This document shows positions 27,211-36,038 of a stretch of 64,000 nucleotides of DNA, piece by piece. Position 1 is the stretch's first letter. Every line of letters starts with the position of its first letter. Under the pieces are notes generated by a model, which did no database searches, had not been told where the DNA came from, and saw only the letters and a list, made by a program, of their open reading frames with translations. The DNA is from a virus (taxonomy: Duplodnaviria; Caudoviricetes). The position numbers and the translations under genes were made by a program. The stretch covers positions 30,039-94,038 of IMG/VR virus record IMGVR_UViG_3300025191_000001; one strand, 5' to 3'.

Positions 27211-27301
27211 TAAAAACCTATTGACAGGGTGAAAACTTTAGTGATAACATTTGCACTGTCATCTAGACAAACAAATTAATTTTTTAAAAGGTAAATAAAT
27301 T

Positions 27302-27706
27302 ATGCAAAACTTAACTTTTAGTGATTACTATACAGAATGCGAAAACACGGCTTCATTGATTGTTGAGCAAGCGATTGACGATCTTCAGCGTGAAAATGAG
27401 GAAGTAACAGAAGACGCGGTTGAGGAAAAAATACACGATTATATTCTACATGAGACGATAGATTCTCATGAATATGTCACCTATAATTATTATCATTTGC
27501 CGATCTTACAAATTAGTTCTAATGATGATTATATGATAGAAAATATGGGGTCAGATTGTTTAATGCATGAATTGAAAAATAATGGTCTAAGTGGTTTACA
27601 TATGGCTTTAACTTTCTGGACTTTTTATGCGGATGTTAGCGAGTATCTAGCGGATGAAATAAACAAACAACTGGAAAAGTTAAAAGAAGGAAACGAAAAT
27701 GTATAA
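27302..27706 (+). CDS. Ocr-like (T7 gp0.3) DNA-mimic anti-restriction protein
   Basis: Very acidic; IHDYILHETIDSHEYVTYNYY resembles Ocr LHDAIHMAADNAVPHYY; pre-early position. Confidence 0.55.
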   Translation: MQNLTFSDYYTECENTASLIVEQAIDDLQRENEEVTEDAVEEKIHDYILHETIDSHEYVTYNYYHLPILQISSNDDYMIENMGSDCLMHELKNNGLSGLHMALTFWTFYADVSEYLADEINKQLEKLKEGNENV

Positions 27707-27818
27707 CTCGAGAATCTTTGATCGCAAAAGTGACTTTTTAAGCAAGTCAGAAAGAAAACATATTAAGCAGGAACGCAACAAAAGAAGAAGTAAGTTTAAC
27801 AGGTACGATCTAGCATAA
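27699..27818 (+). CDS. 39-aa basic peptide (not in ORF track)
   Basis: MYNSRIFDRKSDFLSKSERKHIKQERNKRRSKFNRYDLA; AAGGA RBS. Confidence 0.5.
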   Translation: MYNSRIFDRKSDFLSKSERKHIKQERNKRRSKFNRYDLA

Positions 27819-27934
27819 GGCTTTTAACACTAGGTTATTGACTTCTTTCAGCTTAATATCCTAGAATTAAGAGCCTTAGAAAGTCTCTTATTTTTGAAAT
27901 GAAGTTTTAACTATAGGCACTTGTTGCAGCTAGT

Positions 27935-28338
27935 GCCTATTATTAAAATTTTATAAATCGGCAATAATACCACAATTTGAAAACTATGGTGAAAATATGG
28001 TTACAATTCTATTTACTAATTGTGCAATAACAGTAAAGTCAGATATTAACGGCTGGACTTATTCCAGTTTAATTAACACACTTGATAAATTAATCGGCTT
28101 AACGGATCTTACTGATCCCGTAGTAATGGTAAAGTGTGGTAACATTAAAACATTAACACGTAAGTTAATGGAACAAGGTTTAATAGTTAACGAACGCCCT
28201 AGAAAATGCATTTATTAACGGGATTGTCAAAAGATTAAAATTCACAAACTGATTTAGATTACATTTAAGAAGTGTAGCCTATTATTAAAATTTTATTAAT
28301 TGGCAATAATGCCACAATTAAACTATGGTGAAAATATG
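27935..28338 (+). repeat. ~63-bp direct repeat of a gene leader (27935-27999; 28277-28338)
   Basis: GCCTATTATTAAAATTTTAT...GGCAATAAT.CCACAATT...AACTATGGTGAAAATATG in both. Confidence 0.85.
27997..28218 (+). CDS. pre-early hypothetical protein
   Basis: GGTGA RBS in repeat. Confidence 0.6.
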   Translation: MVTILFTNCAITVKSDINGWTYSSLINTLDKLIGLTDLTDPVVMVKCGNIKTLTRKLMEQGLIVNERPRKCIY

Positions 28339-28557
28339 TTTTTTATTGTTACACGTGAAAATGAGGACGGCTCTTTTGATAACGCAGGGATGATCAATCG
28401 CTTTTCTACTAGTTACTACGGAACTGTAAAAGGTCTAGTTAAACATATTATAAGTGATAACTGGAAAAAATCAGGCTTCAGACTTGAAGTGTTCCGTAAT
28501 CAATACGATACTAGGCTAGTAGATACATTGTACTTTAAAGCGGGGGAGGTATTATAA
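28336..28557 (+). CDS. pre-early hypothetical protein
   Basis: Start at the ATG of the repeat. Confidence 0.65.
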   Translation: MFFIVTRENEDGSFDNAGMINRFSTSYYGTVKGLVKHIISDNWKKSGFRLEVFRNQYDTRLVDTLYFKAGEVL

Positions 28558-28559
28558 CA

Positions 28560-28874
28560 ATGACTTCACTATCAGAACAAATCAGAGCTATAAAAACAGC
28601 TAATCAATTGAACAAATTTATCGACACGTTAAATCTAACAAAAGTCGAATGCTTAAAATATAATTCCCTATATTGGCTATATGTAGGGGATGACTTTGCC
28701 CAGCTTAGCGTTAACCATGGTCACGCATCAAAATTCGAGTACACCAGGCGTTACATTGATTCAGACGGTAAAATGGTAGTAATAGGCACTAGTGAGGCTT
28801 TATTTAATAAGCAAGGATTAAATAAGATTTTAGACTCACTCAATAAACGTATAGATGGATTTTACAATGCTTAA
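28560..28874 (+). CDS. pre-early hypothetical protein
   Basis: GGAGG RBS. Confidence 0.65.
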   Translation: MTSLSEQIRAIKTANQLNKFIDTLNLTKVECLKYNSLYWLYVGDDFAQLSVNHGHASKFEYTRRYIDSDGKMVVIGTSEALFNKQGLNKILDSLNKRIDGFYNA

Positions 28875-29151
28875 ACTAATCAAAAAAATCAAAGTTCAAA
28901 ACGAAATAGACACTATCAAAAAAGAGACTAGAAAAGATTGCAACAATCTACTGTTAAAAATGGCGTTGGTAGATACATTACATTACATGTATAGTGAGAA
29001 GGTTGGGGATAGCATGATTAAGAATAACTTTAAACAATTGTGTGCTTTTCTGGAGGTTGGCGTATATAAATTCATTCATCTAACTATAGAGGTATACTTG
29101 CATAATGACGGTACAAAAAGTGCAAGGATTATTAGTGAGGAAAAACTTTAA
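28867..29151 (+). CDS. pre-early hypothetical protein
   Basis: Overlapping start. Confidence 0.6.
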   Translation: MLKLIKKIKVQNEIDTIKKETRKDCNNLLLKMALVDTLHYMYSEKVGDSMIKNNFKQLCAFLEVGVYKFIHLTIEVYLHNDGTKSARIISEEKL

Positions 29152-29231
29152 AATTATTTTATTTTAGTTGTTGACAGTTAAAACGAGTGTCTGTATTGTG
29201 GGCACTCATTCAATAAATAAGGTTTTAAATT

Positions 29232-29426
29232 ATGAGTAATTCAATTGACGTATACGGTTCTTTCTCTGAATGTTGCGACATCTCAGTCGCCGGTACGTAT
29301 AAAAACGGTTGGGAATTTGAGGACATTGTAGACAATAGCTTCTTATCTAGAAAAGAAGCATTGAAGTCTATAAAAGACTGGGCAAAACGTGAACAAGTAG
29401 GACTTGACGAAATTTGTTTCTTTTAA
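29232..29426 (+). CDS. pre-early hypothetical protein
   Basis: Promoter plus AAGG RBS. Confidence 0.6.
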   Translation: MSNSIDVYGSFSECCDISVAGTYKNGWEFEDIVDNSFLSRKEALKSIKDWAKREQVGLDEICFF

Positions 29427-29502
29427 TAATTGTCTTTTCTAATAGAGTCCTGTATTATCGGGACTCTATCAAAAAGCTAATTATTTCTAACAAGGTGATA
29501 TC

Positions 29503-29907
29503 ATGAACAATTCACAACTATTCAAGCAAGCGCATTCAGTGGCACGTCAAACAGTTAAGCAGGTGGGCGATTATCAAATTGCTTTCACACTAGCATTGCG
29601 TGAATTGATAGCGGAAAATAAAAAGCCTAATTACAAAACTATTTCTATCAATGTTTTAGATTCTGAGTCTATCGCAACAAATAGCGCAATCCTGTCAGCT
29701 ATTATTTTAACAGTTTTATTGTTCACAACGTTGTCACTTTTCGCGCCAATTATCGGGGCATTAGTTGGTTGTATTACATGGCTTGCCACTATCTTATTGT
29801 TAGAGTTATCACAATGGGCAATGTTCAAAGCGTTATCATTTTTCTATGTTGATAACACTCAGTTTGAAGATGCAATTAACGATAGAAAAGTTTTCATTAT
29901 TGAATAG
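29503..29907 (+). CDS. pre-early membrane protein
   Basis: N-terminal LFKQAH..AR...DY...F..AL motif plus two TM helices. Confidence 0.65.
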   Translation: MNNSQLFKQAHSVARQTVKQVGDYQIAFTLALRELIAENKKPNYKTISINVLDSESIATNSAILSAIILTVLLFTTLSLFAPIIGALVGCITWLATILLLELSQWAMFKALSFFYVDNTQFEDAINDRKVFIIE

Positions 29908-29997
29908 CAATAAATTTAAAATAAAGTTTGACATAGTGGACGCTAATCAATAGTATTCGCTATGCACTCTTTATTAATTCTAATTTATAGGTGATTT

Positions 29998-30618
29998 ATG
30001 TCTAATCTTCACTCTTCTATCGTTAAAACTTGTTTCTCACTTGCTAAATTCAATAACGGTTTATTCAAGTCTGAAAAACAAGGTAAATTTTTGTCTTCAC
30101 TTGGTATTACTATTAGCTCTACTCAAAACCACAATCTAGGTTATGAATACAATTTTAAAACTTGTGGTACTACATACTGGACTATTTACCTTGACGCTAA
30201 AGGCGTGAATAAAATCACTAAGGAAAATTCAAAAGGCTTGACTGTGCACTTTGAAAGAGAAGAAGGCAGCGCATACCAGAATAAACAAGACATTAAAAAG
30301 GCGGCATTGGAAAAATACTTACCACTTTATAAGATGACAGAAGACAAGTGTCATAAAATATCAGACCGTGAATTTGAGTTAGAAGACAAGGCAGGAGAAA
30401 CGTATTACACTGACTACGTATTGAAGCTTATTCAATCTGAAGCGTTCAAATCGTTAGATGAACAAACTAGGATTGAGAAAGTGGAAGATCTAACCGATAG
30501 AATAAAACGCATTATGAATCTAGCGAAAAAGAATAGTATCCGTTTAAATTGTAAATATAAGTTTTATTCTCGTATATCTGAACAGTACAGAATGCTTACC
30601 TATCCTATTATTAAATAG
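29998..30618 (+). CDS. pre-early hypothetical protein
   Basis: NNGLFKSEKQ..FL motif; AGGTG RBS. Confidence 0.7.
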   Translation: MSNLHSSIVKTCFSLAKFNNGLFKSEKQGKFLSSLGITISSTQNHNLGYEYNFKTCGTTYWTIYLDAKGVNKITKENSKGLTVHFEREEGSAYQNKQDIKKAALEKYLPLYKMTEDKCHKISDREFELEDKAGETYYTDYVLKLIQSEAFKSLDEQTRIEKVEDLTDRIKRIMNLAKKNSIRLNCKYKFYSRISEQYRMLTYPIIK

Positions 30619-30647
30619 CCATTTAGAAGCCTTGTAACACTCTAAAA

Positions 30648-30674
30648 TAAAGCACCTAATAGAGGTGCTTTTTT
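30648..30674 (+). terminator. intrinsic terminator ending the pre-early block
   Basis: AAAGCACCT/AGGTGCTTT stem plus T tract. Confidence 0.85.
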
Positions 30675-30869
30675 ATTGCTTGCAATAAATGAGGACATCT
30701 TACAAGGATTAAGACAACCGTTATAGCGGCATACAAGCACCGCTACGGCCTTTAAAACTTACACCTAACACAATGGCATACCTTAACGTTTTAAACGTTA
30801 TCACGGGCTTTACAGGAACTGTAATGGCTATATCTGTGTTAGGAGTGTTAACCTTTAAAGATTGTATCT

Positions 30870-31091
30870 TAATAACTACGTTATTAGAGTATCTCTTATT
30901 AATTACATTAATAGATTAGAACGTTAACAATTAATTGTTAATTTGTACCTTTATAGTTTTGTAACCTTGTTAACCCTAGTGATACTTTGAAGCATTCTTG
31001 TGTTAGCTTGCTAACCAATTTGATTCCCTCCCTTGCAAGTACCTTGCCACTTTGTTCCTTTATAGATTGCCCCCTAATAACGTAGTTATTA
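30870..31091. repeat. two palindromes TAATAAC-(TAC/GTA)-GTTATTA (30870-30886; 31075-31091)
   Basis: Same palindrome as at 18787 and 46826 with a compensatory C:G to T:A change. Confidence 0.75.
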
Positions 31092-31333
31092 AAATTAATC
31101 CTTTATTATGTATTAAACTAGAAATCTTCCATCACAGGGTACTAAAAAGGTATCATTTTAACGTAGTGAAGAGTTCTCACTTATACCAATACACTTGTTT
31201 AAGTTGTACCTTAATAAGCTTACAATGCTATAGAGAGCCTCTGAGAGGGGATATCTTTAGATACTACTCTTGGCATACTATATGCTTAAAGAAATATATG
31301 GTATAGAATATGCTATAGCAATAACCTTGCCAG
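31034..31333. promoter_or_regulatory. three sigma54 -24/-12 boxes (31034-31050 minus; 31270-31286 plus; 31317-31333 minus)
   Basis: GTGGCAAGGTACTTGCA; TTGGCATACTATATGCT; CTGGCAAGGTTATTGCT. Confidence 0.55.
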
Positions 31334-31415
31334 AGTGTACAATTTTGAAAGATTATTCTTTTATATGTATATAAGGATTTTTTTCACTTAGAAGGTACTA
31401 AAAAGGTATCATTTT
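31138..31415 (+). repeat. 22-bp exact direct repeat GGTACTAAAAAGGTATCATTTT (31138-31159; 31394-31415)
   Basis: Direct reading. Confidence 0.85.
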
Positions 31416-31891
31416 CATAAAGGAATACTTATGCAAAAATATTGCATATTCATTCAAGGATACTATGTTGGGTAGGTATGCATGTTAAGCGGGTAAGTAT
31501 TCAATAGGGAAAAGCTATCAATATTTGAGAATTACAAATGTAATCTATACGGGAAAAAGTCCTACCTTAAACACCCAATCACATGAATCCTCATGAACCT
31601 ACATATTTTAGGATATTCTTTTTGAAGTTAATCTAATAAAAGGTGATATTTTGTATATAAAAATGTTGGAAAAATACTAATTTTTTAAGAGTACATATGT
31701 ATAAGGTATATTTCTGTAAAGTAGATATATTTCAATAGGTTACACTAAATAAATAGATATTTTAGGAGAGGTAGATATTTTGTAAGATATTGATATTTCT
31801 GAGGTTATAGATTTTGTAGGTTAATGTATGTTTTTGAGAGGTTACTACTTGTTGTACGTAATACTAAGTATTGTAAAGGGTAGAACCCATC

Positions 31892-31996
31892 GTAGGACGC
31901 TCTGTACGGCACGTACAAGGGTTTTATCTGTAAAGTTACCCTGTTGTATAGCCTTGTTATATAATCTCCACTAAATCGCTTACAGAGCTTCTGAGG
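31892..31996. repeat. dispersed intergenic element, copy E6 (diverged)
   Basis: AAGGGTTTT...TTGTATAGCCTT...AATCGCTTACAGAG. Confidence 0.5.
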
Positions 31997-32090
31997 ATTA
32001 AGTAGGGTTTCTCGTCAGAACTACTTGACATGGGACAAAACTGTATGCTACTATAGAGGTAATGTCTTAATAAATTAACAGGAGTTTTAT

Positions 32091-32693
32091 ATGAAGAATT
32101 ATGTTGTGTACTTTGCTTTCTTAGGTGGTGAGTTGGTCTATATTGGGAAAGGTTTTAAGGGAAGGGAATTTCACTTGACTACTGGAACGTCTCATGTCTA
32201 CGAAGCTAATAAGGCGCATTTTGAAGGGAAGACTTTAGAAGTGAAAAGTATTAGCTTGTCTAAGCAAGAGGAATCTGATTTAGAAATAGAAAAGACTCTT
32301 ATACAGGCTTTTAATCCTCCTTGGAACAAACAACACTCATCCGAGGGAAAATACTTCCAGTACAAGAGTGTGTCTCAGAAAGAGGATGTTAATACCTTGC
32401 TGGTTGAGGAGATACGAAGTTTAATAGAGTATAATAAATCTATAGAGATTCAGTTGATTAGTGAAATTGATTGTAGAAAATTATATGAGAGTAAGTTTGA
32501 GAATGTGAATAAATCGGTGCATGATTTGGAAGTAATGAAGAGGGGTATAGGCTCTATGAGTAAGAAAGAATATATGGAAGTTCTTAGGTGTAGTGGTTAT
32601 ACTCAAGTAGAGTGTATGGATATTTTAGGTATATCACTGAGTACTGCTAAGAGATGGGATAAGAAGATTAAACTAAAAAACCCACTAAATTGA
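32091..32693 (+). CDS. GIY-YIG-like endonuclease with C-terminal HTH
   Basis: VYFAFLGGELVYIGKG...R...E..LI...NPPWN; own TTGACA promoter at 32025. Confidence 0.7.
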   Translation: MKNYVVYFAFLGGELVYIGKGFKGREFHLTTGTSHVYEANKAHFEGKTLEVKSISLSKQEESDLEIEKTLIQAFNPPWNKQHSSEGKYFQYKSVSQKEDVNTLLVEEIRSLIEYNKSIEIQLISEIDCRKLYESKFENVNKSVHDLEVMKRGIGSMSKKEYMEVLRCSGYTQVECMDILGISLSTAKRWDKKIKLKNPLN

Positions 32694-32934
32694 TTAGAGA
32701 GCTTCTCAGAGAGAGGGAGGGTTTCTTGGTAAGATAGGGAGTGTTATGGTTAATGCTCCTCCCTAATCCTATCCTCAAGTAGCTGCTTTAAACCACAACC
32801 TCAATACGTAGTGTCATTATGCACCGCTTCTACCCAAGATGCAATCTCATTACTGTATTCCTTTGAATCAGGGAAAACTTTCTTAATGTGATTGAGGATT
32901 TCTTGTTTGTACATGCAGATATCTAAGATTGTTG

Positions 32935-33276
32935 TCATAGGTTCTCCTTTCTATACCCATTGTTATAAAGAAGTTTTATCAAGACTTCGTAATCCGCAGA
33001 GTTTAAGTTGTAGGGTATATGTTTATCATCGTCAAACAACTCTGTTAATTCTTCTTCAAATATTTCATACTCGCTTCTGTGTTTACGTACATCTTCTAAT
33101 CTTGCATAAAGGTAAGACTGTGTATCAACCCAATTTCTCCATATAATCCCTTCAGCATCATACCCTACACATTTAACCCTAGCCCATCTATCTCCTAATA
33201 CGTTGCTAGTAAGGAACACTTCACAGTATTCACCTATATCTGGTTGATAATTATTTGTCATTATGTTTCCCTCCAC
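32935..33276 (-). CDS. hypothetical protein
   Basis: Coupled ORF in minus operon. Confidence 0.6.
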   Translation of the reverse strand: MEGNIMTNNYQPDIGEYCEVFLTSNVLGDRWARVKCVGYDAEGIIWRNWVDTQSYLYARLEDVRKHRSEYEIFEEELTELFDDDKHIPYNLNSADYEVLIKLLYNNGYRKENL

Positions 33277-33493
33277 CTCTAATATTATCTCTGTTAATGT
33301 AAGCCTCTGTAGCAGAATTAATATTCTCCACTAATTTCCTACCTTTGTCTGTTAACACTATACCTTGATCAATTACCCCTATCAACCCCTTAATCTCTAA
33401 TATGCTTCTATCTCCTGTATGCACTTGTAAGGGAAGTGTTTTATCAGGGTATAGTGTTTTAATAATACTAACTTGTGTACGAGATAGACTCAT
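33251..33493 (-). CDS. small winged-helix-like protein
   Basis: LEIKGLI...LTDKGRKL. Confidence 0.55.
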   Translation of the reverse strand: MSLSRTQVSIIKTLYPDKTLPLQVHTGDRSILEIKGLIGVIDQGIVLTDKGRKLVENINSATEAYINRDNIRGGGKHNDK

Positions 33494-33495
33494 AA

Positions 33496-34026
33496 TTACC
33501 CTTCACCCGACATCTTATCATAAAGATATGTCTCTCTATCTATGTACATATTACTATCCTCTGTAAGTTCTTCTAACAAAGCTTTACTAGTTTTTATCTG
33601 TGATAATACATACTCTATTGAACGCTCCTTGTAACGTATTTCTCTTTGCAATACTCTCTTCATCTTATCAAGGTTCTTCTTAGCTCCTTTACGAATATAG
33701 AAGTTACCTCCCATACTGTTAGGATGGCTAAGGTCTACACAATCCTCATCTAAGTAGTATGCTCTTTGTCTAGGGTCTGCTTCTATTAAGTCATTCATAT
33801 TACCTACATAGGTGAGGTCTAACATTTCTAATGCTTTCTCTTTAGAGAAGAACTTATTGTTACTTGTGTTTCCCCAGTATGTGTCTACAAGGTAATCCTC
33901 ATCAACAATACCGATCTTACTGCAACACCAATATAATGTGCCAGAGCTTATTTTGTGTTGTCTCTTGTCATATTCATTATCATTCCAAGACCATCTGTAT
34001 ATGTCACCGTTTTTCCAACTAATCAT
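33496..34026 (-). CDS. hypothetical protein
   Basis: GGAGG RBS, ATGA coupling. Confidence 0.7.
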   Translation of the reverse strand: MISWKNGDIYRWSWNDNEYDKRQHKISSGTLYWCCSKIGIVDEDYLVDTYWGNTSNNKFFSKEKALEMLDLTYVGNMNDLIEADPRQRAYYLDEDCVDLSHPNSMGGNFYIRKGAKKNLDKMKRVLQREIRYKERSIEYVLSQIKTSKALLEELTEDSNMYIDRETYLYDKMSGEG

Positions 34027-34229
34027 AAAACCTCCACTTCCTTAATCATTAAATGCGCAACTTCTTTGTCAGCAAGTTCACTGTGTAAATCCTCTTGATA
34101 GTGCATAACTAATTGACCTGCATCATCAAGATTATGATAACGTTCTACTAATTTCCCCTCACTTTCAGATACACATACTAAATATTCCCACTCATACCAG
34201 TCATAACTATAACTAAATAAACCTTTCAT
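34023..34229 (-). CDS. hypothetical protein
   Basis: GGAGG RBS. Confidence 0.65.
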   Translation of the reverse strand: MKGLFSYSYDWYEWEYLVCVSESEGKLVERYHNLDDAGQLVMHYQEDLHSELADKEVAHLMIKEVEVL

Positions 34230-34607
34230 AATCTAATCCTCCCAATTAACTGTATATCCAGTGTCAATACCTTTAAGCTTGTACACCTCTTCTTGGAGTT
34301 GCTCTTTTATATTCTAATTCCCTCTCAAGTTCCTTTATACGTGCATTAGCTTGTTCAGTTGCCCATATTTCAGTCATCTTCTTTCTGAATACTTGCAAAG
34401 GGGTACTACCATTCCAATCACAAGTTATGCTACCATGACAGAAGTTATTGTCAGTGTAACCATCAAACACTTGTTGCATTACATATTATATGACTTCATC
34501 TCTGCATGATAATGCTTCATAGAACTCTAACACTTCCTCTCTTGACATAGAGTAGAATAGTTCGTGATGGTCGTCAATAGTTATTGTTACTTTTGCATCA
34601 TGTATTT

Positions 34608-35414
34608 TCATAGGTATTCCCATCTCTTAATTGTTGATAAACTCATCTCTAGCATATCAGCTACTACTTTCTGTGTAAACCCCTTACTACGAAGTAATTT
34701 AGCTTTCTCTTTATTAGGTAGTTCTTCCATGCCAGTGATTTCTTTAAGTGTAGATATGTCACTACTCTGTAACTCTACCTTACCTTCTAAGTATATACTG
34801 TTGTTTTCCAGTATGTCAACCTTTTCTTCTAGCCCTGCCAAGGTTTCATGAAGAGTTACTCCTTTGGAGAGTTCATTGAGTTGATTGTTTAGTGTAGATG
34901 CTTTCTTGATGGCTGTTCTAGGCAGTGTACCCTTCTTAGACATGTCTTTTTGCTTATTGTGTAGCTCAGTATGTTCTTCTTGAGATATGCCCTTAGAGAG
35001 CCTTACAGGAGCATTGTCATCGAAGTATTTCACTACATCCTTGCCATAGTAATATCCCCTACTAGCCATGTCCTTAACATCCTCTACTTTCTCTCCGTGA
35101 ATAGGGGCAATCTCTGTGTAGGCATCAATAGGCTTACCTCCTTGCCCTAAGATATAAGCATAAGCACTCTTAGCTAAGTCTAATGTGATATACCTCTTAG
35201 GTTCATATCCTTCTTTAGATTGTTCTACTGCTTGTACACGTTTCCTATTTACCTTAGCTTGTGCTTCAATATCATTCCTTGTGTAGAATCCATAGTGTAT
35301 CATTAACTCTGTGAATTTATCTCCTATGATTTTCATTCTAAGGGAATGATCTATGTCTTTAGAGACAAGGGAGCATGCCTCTTTGTATATGTCGTCTGAT
35401 GTTTTGTCTGTCAC
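34608..35414 (-). CDS. DNA-binding protein with C-terminal HTH
   Basis: LRSKGFTQKVVADMLEMSLSTIKRW. Confidence 0.7.
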   Translation of the reverse strand: MTDKTSDDIYKEACSLVSKDIDHSLRMKIIGDKFTELMIHYGFYTRNDIEAQAKVNRKRVQAVEQSKEGYEPKRYITLDLAKSAYAYILGQGGKPIDAYTEIAPIHGEKVEDVKDMASRGYYYGKDVVKYFDDNAPVRLSKGISQEEHTELHNKQKDMSKKGTLPRTAIKKASTLNNQLNELSKGVTLHETLAGLEEKVDILENNSIYLEGKVELQSSDISTLKEITGMEELPNKEKAKLLRSKGFTQKVVADMLEMSLSTIKRWEYL

Positions 35415-35568
35415 CCTTCCACCCTCTTAATTGTGAACACTTCATAAGGGTCTAAGCTAAAAGACCTCTCTAAAGTTGATACCTTGTATTCAGAATATTC
35501 TAAAGTGTCGTATTCCTCTACAAATTTATGTTGTGTGTAAAGAGAGTGACACCACACTTCGTATTTAG

Positions 35569-35763
35569 TCACACCTTATCCTCTTCTAATGGATGTTTCA
35601 AACCTGTAATCCCTATCTTAGCGCGTTCTATTGAAATACAGTCTGCTATGAAGTCACAAGATTGCCAATCTCTCATTTCCATACACTGTATGTATTTCTC
35701 TTTGTATTCTTCAATACTTTTTAGTATCTTACTTTTATCTTCCTCTTGCATGTAGTACGTCAT
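35569..35763 (-). CDS. hypothetical protein
   Basis: GAGGAGG RBS before MTYYMQ. Confidence 0.6.
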   Translation of the reverse strand: MTYYMQEEDKSKILKSIEEYKEKYIQCMEMRDWQSCDFIADCISIERAKIGITGLKHPLEEDKV

Positions 35764-36038
35764 AATACCTCCTCTAAAACTAGACCTCTGCGATGGCAAG
35801 CTCCTTTAAGTTCTTCTAATGTGAAACCCTCATAAGGGTTGAAGTCTGGTAAAGAGTCTAACTCACCATCTACAATGTCGTCAAGAAGTATTTGTGAATA
35901 GAGGTCAAACATATCTAAGGCACTGCCATTCTGATTCCAACCTACTGCATTGTAACACTCAAAGAGCAACCCACTGCAACAAGGGCAATCTTCGTTCCCG
36001 TCATACCAAGAGTCATCTGTGTATTTGTATACTTTCAT
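35760..36038 (-). CDS. hypothetical protein
   Basis: CPCC motif, coupling. Confidence 0.65.
   Translation of the reverse strand: MKVYKYTDDSWYDGNEDCPCCSGLLFECYNAVGWNQNGSALDMFDLYSQILLDDIVDGELDSLPDFNPYEGFTLEELKGACHRRGLVLEEVL

Larger units (their letters stand above)
26308..29956 (+). promoter_or_regulatory. series of strong sigma70 promoters (TTGACA at 26308, 26743, 27221, 29171, 29928)
   Basis: Each TTGACA-N17/18-TAxxxT, mostly after A/T-rich upstream sequence. Confidence 0.75.

Noticed and set aside
31052-31306. ORF-track 84-aa ORF
   Set aside because: No RBS; spans palindrome, direct repeat and a sigma54 box, so more likely non-coding
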